IMG/VR virus record: IMGVR_UViG_3300021400_000131
Location: 12,648 to 76,647 of that record
Length of the DNA: 64,000 nucleotides
Strand: one strand, 5' to 3'
Source: a virus
Taxonomy: Duplodnaviria; Caudoviricetes
This document shows positions 60,171 to 64,000 of this stretch, one piece after another. The notes beneath the pieces are model-generated. The model was not told the DNA's origin. It searched no databases and saw only the letters and a list, made by a program, of their open reading frames with translations. The translations under genes were made by a program, and so were the position numbers. The first letter of the stretch is position 1; the number at the start of each line of letters is the position of its first letter.

Positions 60171-60725
60171 CTACTCCTTTCCAACACCCGTGATGCGCTC
60201 GTGCAGCCCGCACGGCACGAACTCGTTGCAACCGCCGTGGATGACGCACTTGGGCTGCATGAGGTCTGCGAACTCGGGGTTCGCCTGAACGACGGCATCG
60301 CGTATCTTGGTCATGACCATGCGCGTCTCGACAGACGCCTGACCGCAGAGCCGCATTCGTGCCATCTGCATGAGTTCCTGCGCGTTGATGTCCATGACGT
60401 GCGTGACAAAGGCCCCTTGCGGGGCCTCGTTGCGGTCGTACTTGTCTTGTCGGTCGTTGCGCTGCGACGAGACGTAGTGCTCGACGCCGAACTTGTGGCG
60501 GCAGAAATGCACACTCACCCAGTAGGGAACCTCCATGCGAATGGTGAACATCAGCGTGCGGATGGGCGAGTGCTCGCACCGAAGCATCCTGCGCTTCCAC
60601 TCGTCGGTCACCTCGCTGCCCGCATACCGCTTGCCTATGGTGTTGAGTGCCAGCAGCTTGCAGCGCTTCCAATCATCCTCTGTCGGGTGCCGCAGCAGCT
60701 CGACCCTAATTCCGTCGCTACTCAT
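60171..60725 (-). CDS. thyX: FAD-dependent thymidylate synthase (short phage ThyX)
   Basis: EHSPI, VSVHFCRH, VSSQRND, NAQEL...RLCGQAS motifs. Confidence 0.8.
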   Translation of the reverse strand: MSSDGIRVELLRHPTEDDWKRCKLLALNTIGKRYAGSEVTDEWKRRMLRCEHSPIRTLMFTIRMEVPYWVSVHFCRHKFGVEHYVSSQRNDRQDKYDRNEAPQGAFVTHVMDINAQELMQMARMRLCGQASVETRMVMTKIRDAVVQANPEFADLMQPKCVIHGGCNEFVPCGLHERITGVGKE

Positions 60726-63700
60726 CGAACAGCTCCTTGAACCCCTCTAGGTCATCGTCGGTGGGGGTCCACACACTCACAACCTTGTCGCTCTTGACGT
60801 AACGCCCATCGACGGTGACGAGCCACGTGTTGCGCTCCACTTTCATGCGCACGAGGTCGGTGTCCCCGCTTACGACATGAATGTCCGTGTCAACCGTCGT
60901 GAGCATGGTGATGCTACTTCCGTCCATTCGCTTCCGCCTTCCTCCTCAACTCCTGAATGTTTTCCTTGACACCCTGCACAAGCTGCTCGTACACGCCATC
61001 GCAGCCGTCCATGACGTAGATCGGCGTGCCATTGCGCATGTTGTCCTGCACCGCGTCAACGCATCGGCGCACATGCTTGATGGTGTCGCGCGACACGCTC
61101 ACGGTTTCGGTGCAGTAGTTGCCATTCACGTCGCACCAGCAGTACACCTCTCGCAAGAACTTGCTGAGGTCGCGCAGCGCGTCGGTTGCCGTTACCTGCT
61201 TCACTTGCACTCCTTTGGCTCGTAGTTCTCGGTCATGTCGTTAATTGCCGCAAGCAGACGCCCCTCGATCTTGTCTGCCGTCAGCGTTGTCTCGCGTGCA
61301 ATGAGCGTCACCAGCTCGTTGACCGTAAGCTGGTCGTTCAGGCAACCGGGGCCACAGAAGCTACTGCTTATGATGTCGTAGTGCATTGCCTCCCCCTCTC
61401 GTCCATTTGCTCCCTCAGCCTGTCGGAGCACTCGCGGCACAAGTCCCACGTCCTGACCCTGCTGCTGTAGGAGCTTGGCACCTGTTCGATGCGCACGATG
61501 TAGCGTTCGCCGTGGTGCTCTAGCTCCATTCCGCACACGTCACAGACAAACCTGTGCATCGCTTCCCCCTTTCGTCGCTGTAATAGGAAGGCACCCGCAG
61601 CTCTTGCCACGGGTGCCAGCTCTGCTATCTCAGAATCTCGTCCAGCTCGTCCATGAGCACTTGGTCTGGCTCGCAGCAGTCCAGTTGGTGCGAGCTTGAC
61701 ACGAACCTCACGGTGCCGCCGCCGTCGAACCTGACGATGGGCATGCTGCCACCATGCGCCGTCCACGTGCCGTTGAGCGTCTTGGTGGACTTGAGCCAAT
61801 CGACGTACTCCTCGAACTCCCACACCGACTCGCGGTGCGTGCGGCTCATGACGTGGGGCCTCTTGCCTCTGAGCGCAAGCAGCGTCACGCGCAGCTTCCC
61901 TCTAGGAGTCACTTCCTGTGTCCCTTCCTGCCGCGCCGCAGCATCGGCACGGTGTACCTGCATCGGCCAGTTGCCAGATTGTACAGCCCGTTCAGCGAAT
62001 ACCATTCCGTCCTGAGCGTGAACGACACTGGCTCATGGAGCTTTAAGAGCGCTTCGTGCCACCTGTCCAGCTCCTCCTCGTCGCTGTCAGAGACGAACGC
62101 GATGCCGCCCTCATCGACGTAGCCAAGGTTCTGCCACTCCCCATCGTCGGTTGCCCTGTACATGAACCCGCCAGTCGCAACAAGACTCTTGTGATCTTCC
62201 ATCACGCACCTACCATTCCCATCAGCCACCAGAGCGCCGTCACCGTCACAAGGCACGTCGCCGACGCCAGCGCCATGATGCACACCGATTGCAAGAACAG
62301 CCCCAGAAGGCTCTCATCGCCCATCACTCGTCACGCTCCCCGAACACGATTACGAACAGCACGAGCGTCACCAGCGTCACGCCGCACCCCAGCCACACGC
62401 CTGCCGCGAACTCAGTCATTCGGCATCAGCCCCAACATGCGCACCGTCTCAATCCTCTCGTCATCACTCTTGGTTGGCACAAAGCACTCGGGGTGCATCT
62501 CGTCCGCATTGACGCACTGGACACGCGAGCGCTTGCCATCCGTGTTCACGGGAAACGGTTTGATGGCGTTCTTGACGCGCTTGGTTATGTCCTCGATGCT
62601 CCTGATGCAGACGTAGCCCCACACGTCACCACGCAGAACGACACCACACCACTTGCACCAGACGCACATCATCGGCTCCGACTCGGAGAACCAGTCCATG
62701 CGCTCCAAGACGTTAGCCACGCGCATCGACCCCGATTCTCCTTGCAATCCTGCGCACGTCGCGCGGACTCAGCCCGTAGTTGGCCGCTACGATGGACGTT
62801 GGGCAACCGTCCCTCAGCATGCGCTCGACAACCTTGCGGTCCACCGTCGTGTAGCCACCACATCGCACGTCGCTGGTCCTGATCTGGGCCACCTTGCCCA
62901 TCACGCATCGCCTCCCGCACACGACACCGTCCTCACGCGGCCCCATTCGTCGCTGTCAGAGACGAACGCGCCGCTCCTGTAGATCATCATCGGCTTGTCC
63001 TCTAGTGCGCTGATAACGTAGTCGCGGATGTGGTCGTACACCTCGTCCGCGTCCGCTTGCAGCTCCTTGAGTCCCTTTTCCTCGCAGCGCACGCAGAGCG
63101 TCGTGACGCTGATGAGCGCATCGACCAGCCATTGCGCCTCGTCATGAGTCATTGCCATCCCACACATCCTTTCCACAGCGACGAATGCCGCACGCGCCCT
63201 CGTGGATGCAGCGGGCAACCCACGTCTGGCTCTCCCACGAGTGCCCGCTGCCGATGCCCGTCTCGTAGTCGAAGCGCAGTTCTAGGTGCGGACATGGCGG
63301 GCAGTTCTTTACCCTGTCGATTACCCTCAGCTCCATCAGCCGTCACTCCTCACGTACTCCAATGCCGACTTTATTAGGCAGACCAACGCGTACAACCCAA
63401 AGTAGGCAACCACGTCCCTCTTGCCGATGGTGCTAAAGAGAAGCATCGCCGCCATGAACGACATGACGGCGCGGTTGAAGTAAAGCTCGCTTGACAGCTT
63501 GTGGTATAGCTCGTCGTTACCCATCAGCCCACCTTCATTTCATCGGAGAGCACCTTTGTATTCAAAAGAGCCGAAAAGTCAGCAAGCTCATATAGCGACA
63601 TGCCCACAGGAGGCTCGGTGAGGTTCGTGTGCTCGCAGTTGAAAAGCCTGCCGCATGTCGAGCACCGCTGACCGATGTAGATAAATGGGCGCTTGTATCC

Positions 63701-63835
63701 CGTGATGCTAATTGCCACATCCTTGTACACATGCTTGTGGTCGCTCTTGACGTGGACCTTCTTGCGCTTCTTCTTGAATCGCGGCTCGTCTGGCAACGGT
63801 GTGTACTTGTACCGCAGGGAATCTTCGTTTGGCAT
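60718..63835 (-). other. Run of about 13 small hypothetical genes, several Cys/Zn-type
   Basis: Abutting minus-strand ORFs continuing the replication arm. Confidence 0.65.
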
Positions 63836-64000
63836 CAGAACGGCACCCCCTCGTCGGACTCGATAGGCTCACGCCCCACGACCTCGATGCCGCAGAGGTT
63901 CAGCACCTCGTACACCTTGGCGTTGCTTGGCTGTCCGAAGTGGAACATGCTCACGCAGATGTCCCGCAGGTGACCAGCGAGCACGCTGTGCTGCGGCAGG

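Noticed and set aside
60166-60672. N-terminal extension making the dUTPase 342 aa; likewise extended starts for terL, MCP, protease and the HExxH gene
   Set aside because: The extensions overlap upstream genes in another frame; internal ATGs with RBS fit the families.

Overview
The window is almost entirely one temperate, long-tailed siphovirus of a high-GC host. The host is inferred to be Coriobacteriia-like Actinomycetota from the lysin, holin and minor-tail families. Phage genes continue on both sides of the integrase 3' end and an attP-like region, so this looks like the unintegrated (episomal or virion) arrangement, circularly permuted and cut by the window. Layout: 1-7391 leftward lytic/replication arm (HNH, Lar-like protein, Holliday junction resolvase, Xis-like, Cro); 7520-9064 repressor and tyrosine integrase; ~9070-9270 attP-like region; 9625-36692 leftward late operon (array of four paralogous anchor+variable-domain genes, lysis, tail, 2208-aa tape measure, HK97-type head, terminase, HNH); ~36700-38230 non-coding control region with a cos-like motif, repeat arrays and a structured leader; 38232-57906 rightward block of about 55 small, mostly unknown genes with host-takeover/anti-defence hallmarks; 58069-64000 leftward arm with a RinA/ArpU-like activator, dUTPase and ThyX. 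Most notable observations: (1) tandem NrdR-box-like operators over the promoters of both the terminase operon and the leaderless portal-capsid operon, suggesting morphogenesis could be coupled to host dNTP status; (2) a divergent ~190-nt candidate sRNA with an exposed anti-Shine-Dalgarno loop complementary to the GAGAGGA RBS of at least 11 early genes; (3) the four-gene constant-anchor/variable-domain array; (4) a Tat-signal-only microprotein; (5) a two-domain beta-clamp-like protein; (6) a circularly permuted NlpC/P60 endolysin. All family assignments come from motif recognition, without database searches.
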